In this document: positions 22,691-35,249 of the stretch, one piece after another
Position numbering within the stretch: the first letter of the stretch is position 1
How the letters are laid out: each line of letters begins with the position of its first letter
NCBI GenBank assembly: GCA_013265495.1
Contig: MU057947.1
Span: 692,048-756,047, forward strand
DNA length: 64,000 nucleotides
Source of the DNA: Vicugna vicugna
Lineage: Eukaryota
Reading direction: 5' to 3'
Position numbers and translations under genes: made by a program
Notes under the pieces: model-generated
The model's database searches: none
What the model was told of the DNA's origin: nothing
Seen by the model: the letters and a program-made list of their open reading frames with translations, nothing else

Positions 22691-25600
22691 GCTGTGGGAC
22701 ATCCGTGCTTAAGAATTCCGTTCAGAAGTTACACCCAAAGACGCGACCCCATCTGGGTAGGTGGGAGCTTATCTGTCAATTAAAACGAAATACCAGGAGC
22801 ACATCCACGCTCTGCGCTGGGCGGTCCCCGAGCAGCAGCCTAGGGCTGGGGAGAACTGAGTTATCACTCAGCCGCGTTATTTTGAGAAGTCAGAGGCAGA
22901 TAGTTTACAAAGCAGCTTTTATCCTTCTGTGTAAAGACAAAAACACCACCCCTAAAAAAGAAATAAATTTAAAAAAAAACCCCAAATTGCAGACGGATGG
23001 AGCTTTTAGCATCCTTTCCATCCTAATGTTCCCTGAGCTGATGAGAGAAACTGGCAGCTGTTAGCCAGCAATTCAGGGGCTTTTTTTCTTTTTGTCACTT
23101 TGTGTTTCATAAGTGGTTTTTAACCAGGCCCCCTTAAAATGTATTATTGCTAGAAAATAAACCAAGAGGCGGGGGATAGTAATTTAGTGCCAGGAAGTTA
23201 ATTCCGGAGACCCCCGACCTCTGAGCAGTCACGTGGCTATTGATTTCCAATACCGTGAGGTGGCGTGCCACCCTGAGCGTGGGGTCCAGCAGGTTCCAAA
23301 CAGTTTCTCCCTTATCAGTTGAGTCCCTGAGTACTTGAGCATTAAGACGACAAATGTCCAGAGTTAACGGCGTGTCACATGGCAGCCGGGCGGACGTGCC
23401 AATTTTCTAATGAAGTCGGGTTGTTGGCAAACACACCAGTCATCATATATTGAAGGAGGTCCTCTTTTGTGTATTTCCAGCACTCTTGAGTGCTTCGAAA
23501 GATACCAGTTACATCATTGTCTAAGGGCCAGGCACCGAGGGAGAAACATCCGCGCGCCGCCAAGACAAAAACAAGCAAGACCAGAGTTAAAAGCAAGATG
23601 GGGCTGGGTTTCGTAGGTTTTTAGGCATCAGAAATATTTTTTCCCATTGGCTCAGTGGAGGAAATATTCTCAATAAAAGCAGTGGCTCCAACGCCCGGGT
23701 GTCTCCCAAAAAAGGCGTCTCAGTAATCCCTCACTCCCAGCTTAACCTGCTCCCTGTGTGGGGGAATCAGTACCATTTTTCTTAATATGGAGGGAAGGGG
23801 AAGAGTTGGTGCCTCTGGGCCTGAACCCGGGGATGCCAGCCTCCCACTCGTCGGCCACGATGTTGCAAAGCTGGGGAGTCCTCGGAGACTGTCCCCTGCG
23901 GAGGCCGACTCTGCCAGCTGCCCCAGCCCTCCTCCACCCCGACCAGGGGTAAACGGTGGTTGCCATCTTGTATTGATTACTGAAAATGTTATGTTCACGG
24001 GAAGAAAATGCCATCGCTTTAAATATCAGCATTACCGGGGACTTTAAAGTTATTTTTTACAGAGATGTGTGTGATAAAAATTTTTAAGCAATTGGAAGGA
24101 GTTGGTGGGGGAGCAGAACTATGAAATAACAACAACAAAAAATCAATTCTCAGTTCGGTCTGGCCAGACAAGCACTTCTCGGCTCAGGTAAGTGATTTAA
24201 AGTCAGACACGTCTCATACTGGACTTTTTACAAGAATGGAGAAATTTATAATGGAATTCAACAAGGAAACTGGAAAAACAGCCAAATTGGTGCAGCAAAG
24301 TGGTTAATAGGATCATTAGCCTACTCGCTGTATTTTTTTGGACATTGTGTGCCTGTGCCGTGGTCCTCGAGACCAGATTGCAGGAACAGGCTGACAGTTA
24401 GCAGCTAACTCAGCAGTGCTGGGTACAAACTGCCATCTTCCTGTGGATTTACAGCTGCCACTTCTGCTACTTCAATTAGTTCTATAGCACACAGATGTTG
24501 CTTAAATGTTGCTGCTAATGATACTGCAATAAGCGTAAGATTCATGCCATATTTTGAGGCACGTAAATTTCTCAAGTGGCACAATTAAAGTGGAAATATT
24601 AGGTGGGGAGAACTTGGCAGTCTCTCCAACTTGGAAGGCACACCCGCTATGCAATAATGGGTCAAAAATTCATTCAAGTTTTACTGCTGTTCCGAGTTTT
24701 AAAAGACTTTTCACAGTTGAATGCAAAGTAGTAAAAAGCAGGGTATTAGGAAATGAGAATGCAGTTCTGTGATTCAGACGTGACTTTTAATTTCAAATTG
24801 AAATCACATGCTCACTTTTCTGGATCTGACCAAAGGGAGCAGGTACAGGCTGAAGAGATGTCGTCCTGAAGGGGAGACGGTCCCAAGTGGAGAGGAATTC
24901 GTGGCGGGGCCAGCAGCAGAGTCAGAGCTGCCAGGACTCGGGGGAGCGATGCAGTCACCTGGCACCAGCCCCGCGTTCCTGGGAGCCAAGTCCCTGAGCA
25001 GGTACCCCTCCGTCCTCCCCTCCTCGACAGGCTCCCAGACCAAGACTGGGAAGACACACTGGGGCACACTCCTGTGTGCGCACGCCTGCATGCAAACACA
25101 CATTTTTGCACAGACACGTACGTGCACACACACCCAGCCTGCGCCTCTCATACGGGTGGAGAGTGAGGACAAGGGGGACTCCGGAGCGTCCGTCAGAACC
25201 TCTGCCTAATTTGCAGTCCTTTGACCTCCCTGCACAGTCCCCTGCCTGTCGCCAAACTTTCTTTTCCGTGAAAAATCTCTCCTGCGCAGAAAAGCTCCCT
25301 GCCTGGTTGTCAAAAATGCTTTTGTTTTCCTCTCACACCGACTTACAAGACAAGCGGTTCTGCGGGGGAGGCGGGCACCCGGAAGGCCCGTTGCTCCCCT
25401 CCTCTGACCGTGCAGCCGGCCCCACCCCACCGCACTCACCCATCTGAACCGTCCATCCGGGGCCCTGTACTCCTGCCATACCCTTAGGGTTCGAGGCCCC
25501 GCTGCACACAGGCACCGGGAGCCCCATCCGTGTCTCTCTGGGGTGATTCTTTCCCAACAAACCCTGCCCCGGTGGCGAGGGCTGTCTGCAAAAGGCATTT

Positions 25601-27194
25601 CAGCCAATGTTGTCTTGTAGATATTTGCCAAATGCTTATCTTCCCCCTAAATGATGCAAACCATTCAGTGAAGCCTTCTCCAGGCAAACCCAGGCCTGAG
25701 TGGTTCCACCTTCAGTAAACTCAGCGTCTGTCTGTCTGTCTGTCTGTGATCCCAGCCTCCTCGCTCCCCGCTCCTCGCCTCCCTCTTCCTTTCTGCCTCC
25801 ACCAGCCCATCGCTCTGTGCCCGTCGCTTCTGGATTATGTGCAACAAATCTTACACGTGTCAGTATTGTCTTGTTCTGAAGCAGAAATGACAAGGAGTTC
25901 CCGCTGACCTCGGTATGGTGCATCTCGCTGGTGCACAGCATGTGTCGTGTCCCAGCAGCGAAGAGCCGTGTGTCACTGAGGGAGAGCGGGAAATGTCATG
26001 GGAGTGTTTCTGTTGACACTGCGCCCCGTGGGGGGGGCCGCCCGGCCGGTGGCAGGGGCCGAGCAGGGACCTGGGAACTTGTAACGAGGAAGGGGGGGGT
26101 GTTGGTCTGGCTGGAAGTCCCAGGTCCTGATGAACTGTCCCAGAACCGGGGGCTGTGAGGACGGCCCGCACTGGGTTCCTGTTCGCGCAGGCAGAGCCAG
26201 GATCGGAGCCCAGCCGCTAGCTCAGACCTGTTCTCCAGCCCTTTACTGTCTTCCATAATGCTTAATGTACTGTTTGTGTATGTTGTCCTTGCACTATATT
26301 TGATGTGCTCTCGTATATTTTATTCATCTCTGGCTTTCTGTGAGGGCGAGCTCCCAGCAAAACAGATTCATTATTTGTCGCCATCAATCAGCTGTCTCCG
26401 TGGTCGGCACCTCGTGGGACGGACTGGATTTTAAGCATAAGACGTAACTCCGGCTCTTCGGGGCAGTTTCGCTCTCTGGCCCTGGTGTCTGTCAGGGAGG
26501 CTGCCTGGACACTGGAGAGCCGGTCTGCCCTCAGGGTAGTCTCTGCACCAGACCTGCCCTCTGGGTCGCATGGTCTCAGGGCGCCCCGGCTGCGCTGCTA
26601 GATGGATGCAGATGGAAAAGGAGACACTCGTGGTGGTGTAAATGACAGACCCTGAGAGTTCACCACTCACAGGCACGGTTCAGTGAGGGAGGGAGGGTGT
26701 GCGAGGGCGCGGGACCATCAGGGTCTGCACAGCCTGGTGCCCGCATTGAAGAGGGGACCGACCCAGGGCCGTGGACTGAGGCTCCAGCCCCTTCCTGGGC
26801 ACCGAAGCCAAGCGCTGAACCTCCATCCCGGGAAGGGAGGGAAGTCTGAACGGGATGACAGCAGAGGCGCCAGGAGCGGGCCTGGGACTGGCGCCCTGCC
26901 GGCTTCCTGGGGCCACAGCCACTGGGGAGGAGGGGTCCTCCTGTCTCATCTGCACCAGTGGTGCAGACCCTCGCCTTTGGGGCTGTGTTATTCGTAGTGG
27001 ATGTTTACCAGACAGACACACCTCCTCTCCAGGGCTGGCCTTGCATCCCAGGACAGCTGCCACTTCCTGGGCTCTGGTTACACAGAGGTGGAGTGACACC
27101 CAGGGGTCTTGGGGCAGCGAATCACCGGGTTAACCCAGTTCTCTCTGATGGGCTCCTGGGCTGGTGCTGGTCCTGTGACCCGCGGCCAGAGCGT

Positions 27195-27274
27195 ATGTGT
27201 GTGTCTGTGTGTGTGTGTGTGTCTGTGTGTGTGTGTCTGTGTGTGTCTGTCTGTGTGTGTGTCTGTCTGTGTGT

Positions 27275-27308
<34 letters not shown>

Positions 27309-27497
27309 CTGTGTGTGTGTCTGTGTGTGTGTCTGTGTGTGTGTCTGTCTGTGTGTGTGTCTGTCTGTGTGTGTGTCTGTGTGTGTGTGTGTGTCTGTGT
27401 GTGTCTATGTATGTGTGTGTATCTATGTGTGTGTGTCTGTGTATCTATGTGTGTGTCTGTGTGTCTGTGTCTGTGTGTCTGGGTCTGTGTGTGTGTG
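27195..27497. repeat. Compound (TG)n/(TCTG)n microsatellite, ~300 bp
   Basis: Directly visible long TG run interrupted by TC and TA. Confidence 0.98.
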
Positions 27498-28214
27498 AGC
27501 TCCTAGGAGCACCGTGGTGTTGCTTCCAAGCTCAGGTGAAGGGGATGTGGAGGTTAAGCAGGGGAATGGCAAAGGCGTCCTCTTCCCTGGCGGCAGGTAT
27601 TTAGCAGATGGGAAAATATTAGCAGATGGGAAATCAGCAGATACATTTAGATCAAGATGCAAATTTAAAAGCTGCCGGTCCCCTGTACTAAATATTCACG
27701 CTGAACGTCTCTACTCCATCAACTGTCTTGTGTTTTTGATGAGCCCTTACCACTCCTCTTATTCCAGAGTCATGTAAAAATTGAGGGGAGAAAATTCCAC
27801 ACTTGAGAAGTTTACTGTGGATTCAGGTTCAGCATTCAGGTAGGAGAAACCCCCACATTTCTGCCCACTTTTGGATTCGTATCACGGAAGAGTGCCCATA
27901 CATCCTTTCATGAGTAAGTTGTTGATGTAAATTAACTGGTTCTCCAGAAGAAAGAAAATGTCCTTTTCTCTTCTAAATAGCTCATACTGACACCTCCCTT
28001 GTAAAGTCATTTTTAAAACTGCAACCTGACCCCTTTATAATAGTTTTCAGTACAGAAAGAAAAAAAATCCCTGAATAACAAAAATCACACCTGAGCCCCA
28101 GCAAGTGGCCGCCTCCGGTGACCAGAAGGCCTGGGGCCCTGCGTCGCTCTCCTGGGCGGGCTTTCCCTCCGTATTGAAACTGGAACCACACCTCCTGTCT
28201 ACGCAGAGCGCTAC

Positions 28215-28370
28215 CAGCACTTTGATGTACGGTTTCTCACTTAATCCTCCAGGGCTACGAGGCGACGCCTATGACATCCATTTCACAGGAGGGAAGCTGA
28301 GGCCGGGTGTAAAACGTGCCGGGACCCGTAGGTTCTAGCACCGCGAGAGCTTCAGTCAGGCCTCCGGACT
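28215..28370 (-). mobile_element. MIR fragment
   Basis: tctcacttaatcctcc...catccatttcacaggagggaagctgaggc matches the MIR core (cccattttacagatgaggaaactgaggc). Confidence 0.6.
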
Positions 28371-28454
28371 GGTCTCGAGCTTCTCCCCAAGGCAGTTGAG
28401 CTGGATACTTTCAAAGGGGCCCACAGTCTACAAATTTCCACAATTGCTGTCTTA

Positions 28455-28595
28455 CACGTGAATGAATGAACTTATTCCTCCAACAGCAGTTTGAGTGTCC
28501 TCTGTGGGCCAGGCACTGTTCTGAGCCCTCGGGGTGAAACTGGGAGCCGGGCAGGTGAGACCCTTGCCCAGTGGGGTTTACACTCTAGAGAAGAG
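28455..28595 (-). mobile_element. L2 3' end fragment
   Basis: caacagcagtttgagtgtcctctgtgggccaggcactgttctgagc is the antisense L2 3' terminus. Confidence 0.6.
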
Positions 28596-28608
28596 CAGTT
28601 TAAAGAAA

Positions 28609-28991
28609 ACTACGGTCTGATACCACTTATGTGTCGGATCTGAAAAAAACAGAAGAGGAAGAAGAAAACACACATGAACTTACTTACAAAACAGAGACAG
28701 ACTCACAGACAGAGAGAACAAACTTACGGTTACCAGGCAGGAAAGGGGGTGGGAAGGGATAAATTAGGAGTTCGGGATTTGCAGATACACACTACTATAT
28801 ATAAACTAGATAAGCAACAAGGCCCTACTGTACAGCACAGGGAACCATATTCAATATCTTGTAGTCGCCTATAATGAAAAAGAATATGAAAATGAACACA
28901 TGTATGTACATGTATGACTGAAACATGATGCTGCACACCAGAAATTGATACAACATTGTCAACTGACTATACTTCAATTTTTAAAAAAAAT
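28609..28991 (+). mobile_element. Young 5'-truncated cetartiodactyl (camelid-type) LINE-1 3' end
   Basis: acagactcacagacagagagaacaaacttacggttaccagg...ctgtacagcacagggaaccatattcaatatcttg...caactgactatacttcaatt followed by an A tail; flanked by the direct repeat TTTAAAGAAA (28599-28608 and 28992-29001), a likely TSD. Confidence 0.85.
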
Positions 28992-30379
28992 TTTAAAGAA
29001 ATGGAGAGCAGGGCCATTTCAGATCCCATCAGGCCATGAAGACAGAAGTTTCCTGCAATCTAGTAACTTGCAAGTCTATAGACGGGATCCAGACTCTAGA
29101 CATGGATTGTTTGGGGCAGGTGATGAAATCTGCCTTTCTGCAGAGATGTCCTTGACCTCCAGAACGAATGACCCCTGCCACCCATCCAAGGGCTGGATCT
29201 GCTCATGTGGACTTGGTCACCCTTATTTAACTAGGAGGTTTGAGGTACATGATGAAATTGGCCTTGTGATTTTTTTCACACTCCGGAATTGGACAGCAGT
29301 GCGGAACCCACCCACCTCGTCACCACAGTCAGTAGCTGGCGTCTGAGGAAGTTGCCCAAGTTTCAGGCCTTGATTAACTTAACTGCGATGTCTGTTGGAG
29401 TGTGGTTACCCTAGCAACGGCTAGCGGGCCACCTTGGTGTCTGCTCCTGCCGCCTCAGCATTCAGAGCCCGCACCGCAGGTGTCAGGGGCCAGACAGAAC
29501 GCAACCCTCAGGAGCCTGGAGCAGAAGAGGGTGGGGCCCCTTGCAGACCTGTGGTCCAGACGACGGCAGCGTCTCACAGCCCTCCTCCAGTTCACCGAGC
29601 TCCTTGGTGGCTCAGCTGTCCGTCACTGTATTTCTCCCCACCCTGCTCCCCCGTGCCACCTCCCGCTGACACCGCTGACCGCTGGTCCTGCTTTGCATCC
29701 ACTCTTCATCATTATCCCTGACCTGTTATCCGTCCCAGCCCTGTGCGAGGCCAGGGCCCCCTCGCTGTGGCCACTGACTGTCGGCTGCCCCCCTGCTGGA
29801 CCCCAGGCTCTTCAGAGGCCGGGCTCTGTGTCCCCGCTGCTGAGCCGCAGCCACTTCCTGCACATGGTAGACCCTCATCACAGGCCTTCCCAGAAGGCCT
29901 GTGGTGCTCAGTGCGGCAACTGTGCCTTTCAATCACCTTTAAAATGCCATCATTACGTACAGTATTTGATATGACTTAGTTTCAATGTTTTCCCAATTTA
30001 GTTAGATTTAACTCTTGGGAAAATAAGTCTGTTTTTCCAGTGGCTTCCATTGTAACTGGCAAACTGGCTCCACTTAGAAATCTAAGTGGAAAACTTTGAG
30101 GAGATAATTAAGGTGGAGGTCAGTCCTCATAGATGGAAGAGGGAGGGACCTCAAACCACCGTCAGTGCCTCACCTCTGTGCTCCCCCCTACTCAGCTTAT
30201 CCTCTCCTCCCTCCTCTAGACCTTTAGACTGCAGCAATGCTCCCAATGCAAAAAGAAAAAAATGTACACATACACACAGCCATTGTAACAGCACTAAGAC
30301 ACCTTCTCTCCTTCTCTATCGTGGCTGCATTTACATTTAAGCCGCATGCAGTGAAAGCTTGAATAACACATATTTGAAA

Positions 30380-31790
30380 TATTAATAACCCTGGTGCCAA
30401 AACCCGACAAAGACATTACAAGTGAAATACTATAAACTAGTATCTTTCATGAACATAGATGCCAAAAAAAAATAAAATAAAACTTCAACAAAAAGTTAAC
30501 AATGAAAATCAAGCAGTGACCCACTGGGTTTATCCACAGAATGGAAGGTTGGTTAAGTGTCCAGAAATCAACCAGTGTAACATACCACATCAGCAGGACG
30601 AAGATGAGAAAGGAGATCATTTCAACAGATGCAGAAGAAGCATTTGAGGAAAATCCAACACTTACTTAAACAACTCTCAGCAAGCTAGGAATAGAGAAAA
30701 GCCCACAACATCTAAAATAGTTAAAAGGTGAAACATTGAAAGGCTTTGCCCTAAGGTGAGGAACAAGGCAGCGTGTCTGCTCTCAGCACTTCTGGCCAAG
30801 GTGTACTTGACATGCTAGCCTGGGCTGTGAAACAAGTAAAACAAAATTCATGAAAGTGGGGAAAATGTGAAACTGCCCCCATGTGCAGATGACTTGACTC
30901 TGTACGTGGGAAATCTGAATGAATCAGCAAGAAAAAAACTACAGAGCTCACAAGGTGAATTTAGCAAGGCCAGTGTGCAAAAATCAATGGTACTTCTACC
31001 ATTGCTTTTATTCTATCATTCTGCCAAAAGCAGTGCTATTTATAATAGCATCAAAAAGAAAATACTTAGAAATAAGCTTAATGAATAATGTGTAAGACCT
31101 CTATGTTAGGCACTGCAGAGTGTTTCTTAGAGAAATAGGAATGAGGTAAATGAATGAAGGGATATACTATGTTCATGGATTGGAAAATTAATATTGTTAA
31201 GATGTCAGTTCTCTGAAAATTGCAGAGCAATTGCAGTCATAATTCCAGCAGGCTTTTATAGAGGTTGACAAGATTTTTTTTTCAATTGTGTATGGAAATG
31301 CAAGGAACCTAAAGGAGTCAAAACAACCTCAAAAGAGAATGAAACTGGAAGGCTTTAGCCATTATAATCATAATAACAAAAAATTGGAAACAGCCTGGAT
31401 GGCACCCCGCAGAAGAATGGGTAAGCCGTTCGCACTGTATCCATACGATGGAGCACTACTCCTCAGCAGAGAGCGGTGACCTATCTGTACGCAGCGACAT
31501 GGGTGACCCAGAGGTGTGATGCTGCGTGAAAGAAGCTGAACACAGAGGCAGCCAAGCTCTCTCATTTACAAGATGTTCTGGAAGATGCAATACTGATCCA
31601 CAGGGAAGAAACTTCGGAAGGCTGCTTGCCTGGAGTGGAGTGAGGGGTTAACTAGGAAGAAGCATGGGGGAACTTTTCTGGAGTGATGAAAAAACTCTGT
31701 ATCCCAATAGGGAGGTAGTTTAATGAATGTACCTATTGTGTTAAATCTGCACAGGTGAGATTTGTGTGATTCAAAATATGTATGTTTTAC
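30380..31790 (+). mobile_element. Old L1M ORF2 and 3'UTR fragments
   Basis: ataaccctggtgccaaaacccgacaaagacattacaag...atgtgcagatgacttgactctgtacgtgggaaat...tgttcatggattggaaaattaatattgttaagatgtcagttctc, followed by L1ME-type 3'UTR motifs. Confidence 0.85.
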
Positions 31791-34469
31791 CTGAGAAGGG
31801 GTGGTAATTGGAGGGCGGGAGGCACAGAGGAAGCAAGACTGGTGGGATGTCATTGGATGTGGGAGCTGGCTTACAGGCATACGGGCTCGCGATGCCTTTC
31901 CGTTTATGTCATGTGTGTTTGAGATTCTCCGTAACAAAACATTAGTTTTTAATTTGGCACATAAAATAAGAAATAGTGGAAGATAAGACATCTTAGTAAG
32001 GTGTCCTTTATGTACAAAACTTAATGCACTTTCTCAAAAATATTTTTACTCCCTTTCCAAAGTCACTGGTTTATATCTGGTGAGCTGAGTGTCACTGTCT
32101 TTGGGCCTTTGTCCCTTATAGTGTCCCTTGATGGGCAGATGGCTGCACTGTCCCTGTCTCCTTTGCCAGGAACCTCTGAAGAGACGGTGTCTGGAAACAA
32201 TTTGGGAGGTAATTGTGCTGCTTTCTTAGCATCCATTATTACTTGACATCTTCCCCAGAGGCGAGAGCGGGGTCTTCCCAGCGTGTGTTCAGGGGTGTGC
32301 TCTGCACCAGCTCGAGGGGGGCGAGAAAGTTGTGAGCAAGTCCTCTGGAAGCCACACAGCTTCCAGGGTCTTCCCGGAAGTTTTTAGGGAAGAATGTAAA
32401 CTCTTAAAGATGATGCTGGAAAAATAAAATCAGCTGAAAAGTAAAGACAGCTTTCATTTCCCAACCCCCTAAAATAACAGTCAGGCGAGGAAAATGGGGA
32501 AAAGCCGACCGCGTGAAGCCCCCAGCAGAGTAGCGCAAGAAACTGCGGGGGCGGGGGGGGCGTCCGTTCATCTAGCTGAGACCCCTCCGTCCCTGCGCTC
32601 AGCACCGGGCATCTTCCCCCAGCATCAGTCTTGAGCAGCCAGCAGTGTGAACGGGGCCTGCGTGGCGGGGCTCCCCGTGGGAGCCGGCCTGCAGCACACG
32701 CCCCATCCAGGCCCAGCCTCTGCTCCCCGGGTTTCTGACTTCTGTAAATGGTTTCATCCCCGACCTCTTCTGTGTAACTGGTGAATTTTAAATGGGCACC
32801 ATATGTTCTTTTTTGCAACCTCGATAAAAGTTCCCTGGGCTTATGGTATTAATACAACCCACCATTATATTGAACCATTTTACTTGTTTTTTAACCAAAA
32901 AGGCCTTCCTTTGGATTTCTTTACGCATATGTGCTGTTTCCAGATTGAACCCTAATTTGCTACCATTGAGGAAATCGAAGGCATCCTGACAACGCCGGCG
33001 CTGGTGAGAGCACTCTGATATTATTGACAATAATACTTTGCATAGGCGTTAACGTTTGTGAAATGCAGGCACGCCCGTTATCCGAGTGCTGGTGTATCAC
33101 TTAAGGAATTAATGGGACTTGTCTGCTTTGTATATCAAATAACCATTCATAAGATTAATTTGTGGAAGAGAGGAAAAGGAGCTTTGAAAAGCAATCAGGA
33201 AAACTGGCAAGTACTTGAAAGGCTTGAGGACAGCCCACGGCCACGGCTGTCACCCAGGGCCAGCCTGGTTAGCATGTGGGAGTCCCTCCCCCTTGGACCT
33301 GGGTTGTAGAGCAGCTCCTGACCCTTGAACTCTAGTAGAGAGACCAAAAGTCAGGATGTGGCCACCAGGGCAGGGCACCGAACCAGCCTTTCTACTGACC
33401 CCGTGACCCTTGGGAACAGCCTGCCAGGCCCTCCACAGGAGGGTGAGCCAGTTCTGAACCCCAGTTTCGGTTCCCGGTCTGGGTGTGGACTCTGCTGGGG
33501 TCGGGGCGCTCAGGGTGGGCTTCCGCTGGCTCCTGGCTGCAGACTGGGCAGCACGCGGAGAAGCCAGGCGGAGAGGCTGCGTCCTGCTCACTGGGTGAGA
33601 CGCGGCTTGCTTCCTCCTGGGCCGTGGAGTGAGCTCACCTGCAGCACCCCCAGCGTCCCGCTCGTCCCCGTGGAAGTGCACGCTGCCGTAATCCTTTGTG
33701 AGCACAGAGCAAGCTTGTTTCAGAAAAGAGTTAGCTCGAGAGGAGACGTGGATCCCCTGGAGACCGCCCTGACTCCTCTTCCCCAACAGAGCTGCGTTTT
33801 TATGATTTTTGCCATGATTCCTACTGTTTCTCTTTATTAATGCAATACAGAACTTTCTTCCAGGAAAGCGAGAGGGCCTGAAGCCTATTTCAGCTCTGAT
33901 GTTTATTTGTTAACAACAACATCAACAGAGTGAGTCACCCCCCAAAGTGCCAGGAGAGCCTGATGCTCCCCGCCTGGGGAGCCCCGGGGACAGTTTGGGG
34001 GGCACAGGCCCCACCCCCATGGCCTGCGGGCCTGCTCCATCCTGGCTGCTCTGGGAGGGACAGGCGGCCACTAGGGGCTCAGCTGCAAAGAGGGAGGACC
34101 TAGGGGTGACCAGACACAGCCCAGAGCACTGCAAAGGACAGGGGCCCAGCCCCGGGTCTTCTAGAAAGCCCACTGTTCCCCACATGCCATGGGACCCCCA
34201 GCTGGCCGCAGGGGGGTTGAACTGAGTGACAGGAACAGGTGGGGAGCCCTGGCTCAAGCTGGAGGGAGTGGGAGGGGCCTTCCTCCCAAGCCCCAGGGCG
34301 GCAGGGGTGGGGAGGTGGGCAGCAGTGGGAGTGGAGGACTATGCCCAGGGCCCGTGGTGCTGGGGCGGGAGGGACCTGGGGTGGGGCACCAATTTTCAGT
34401 GCACTGTTTAATGAGTTTGCAAATGCATACCCTCGTGCAACCAGCACTCTGATCAAGGAGCAGACCTTT

Positions 34470-34825
34470 TCACTAACAAAATATTTGCACTCATGCTCAC
34501 AGTAGCATCCATCACAATAGCCAAAAGGCCGTCTCCGGGTGAACAGATAAACTAAATGTGGTCCAGCCGCCTGGTGGAATATTATCTAACCTTAGTCGGG
34601 GCATCGCGACACCCGCTACAGCATGGAGGGAGCTTGAAGGCGAAACGCTAAGTGAAACAGGCAGATGTTGAGGGACAAGCAGTGCGTGATTCCACTTAAA
34701 AAAAGTGCCTGGAGTAACAGTCAAATGCACAGAAAGTGGAATGTTTGGTTGTAGCTAACACCACTGAACTGGACACTTAGAGTGGTTACAATGGTACCTT
34801 TTTATGTTATGTATACCTTACCTCA
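34470..34825 (+). mobile_element. L1M 3'UTR fragment
   Basis: catccatcacaatagccaaaagg...tggaatattatc...gctaagtgaaa...ccactgaactggacacttagagtggtta. Confidence 0.7.
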
Positions 34826-35245
34826 ATTTTATTTATTTATTGTGTATATGTATATTTTTATTGAAGTCTAGTCAGTTTACAGTATTGTGTCAGTTTCTGG
34901 TGCACAGCTCAGTGCTTCAGTCATACATGAACACACATACGTTCGTTTTCATGCTCTTTTTCACCGTAGGTTACTGCAAGCTATTGGATAGAGTTCCCTG
35001 TGCTGTACAGTATGAACTTGTTTATTTTATATATAGTAGTTAGTATCTGTAAATCTCAAACTCCCAGTTTATCCCTTCCCACCCCCTTTCCCCTCCTGGT
35101 AACCATAAGTTGGTTTTCTATTTCTGTTAGTCTGTTTCTGTTTTGCAAATAAGTTCGTCTTTTTTTTTTTTAGGTTCCACATATGAGTGATATCACGTGG
35201 TATTTTTCTTTCTCTGGCTGACTGCACTTAGAATGACAACTCTAC
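34826..35245 (-). mobile_element. Young camelid-type LINE-1 3' end, antisense
   Basis: tttttattgaagtctagtcagtttacag...gttccctgtgctgtacagta...ctggtaaccataagtt...ttccacatatgagtgatatc is the reverse complement of the family at 28609-28991. Confidence 0.85.
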
Positions 35246-35249
35246 ACTG

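Noticed and set aside
26958..27604. Cys/Val-rich ORFs
   Set aside because: These are translations of the (TG)n microsatellite.
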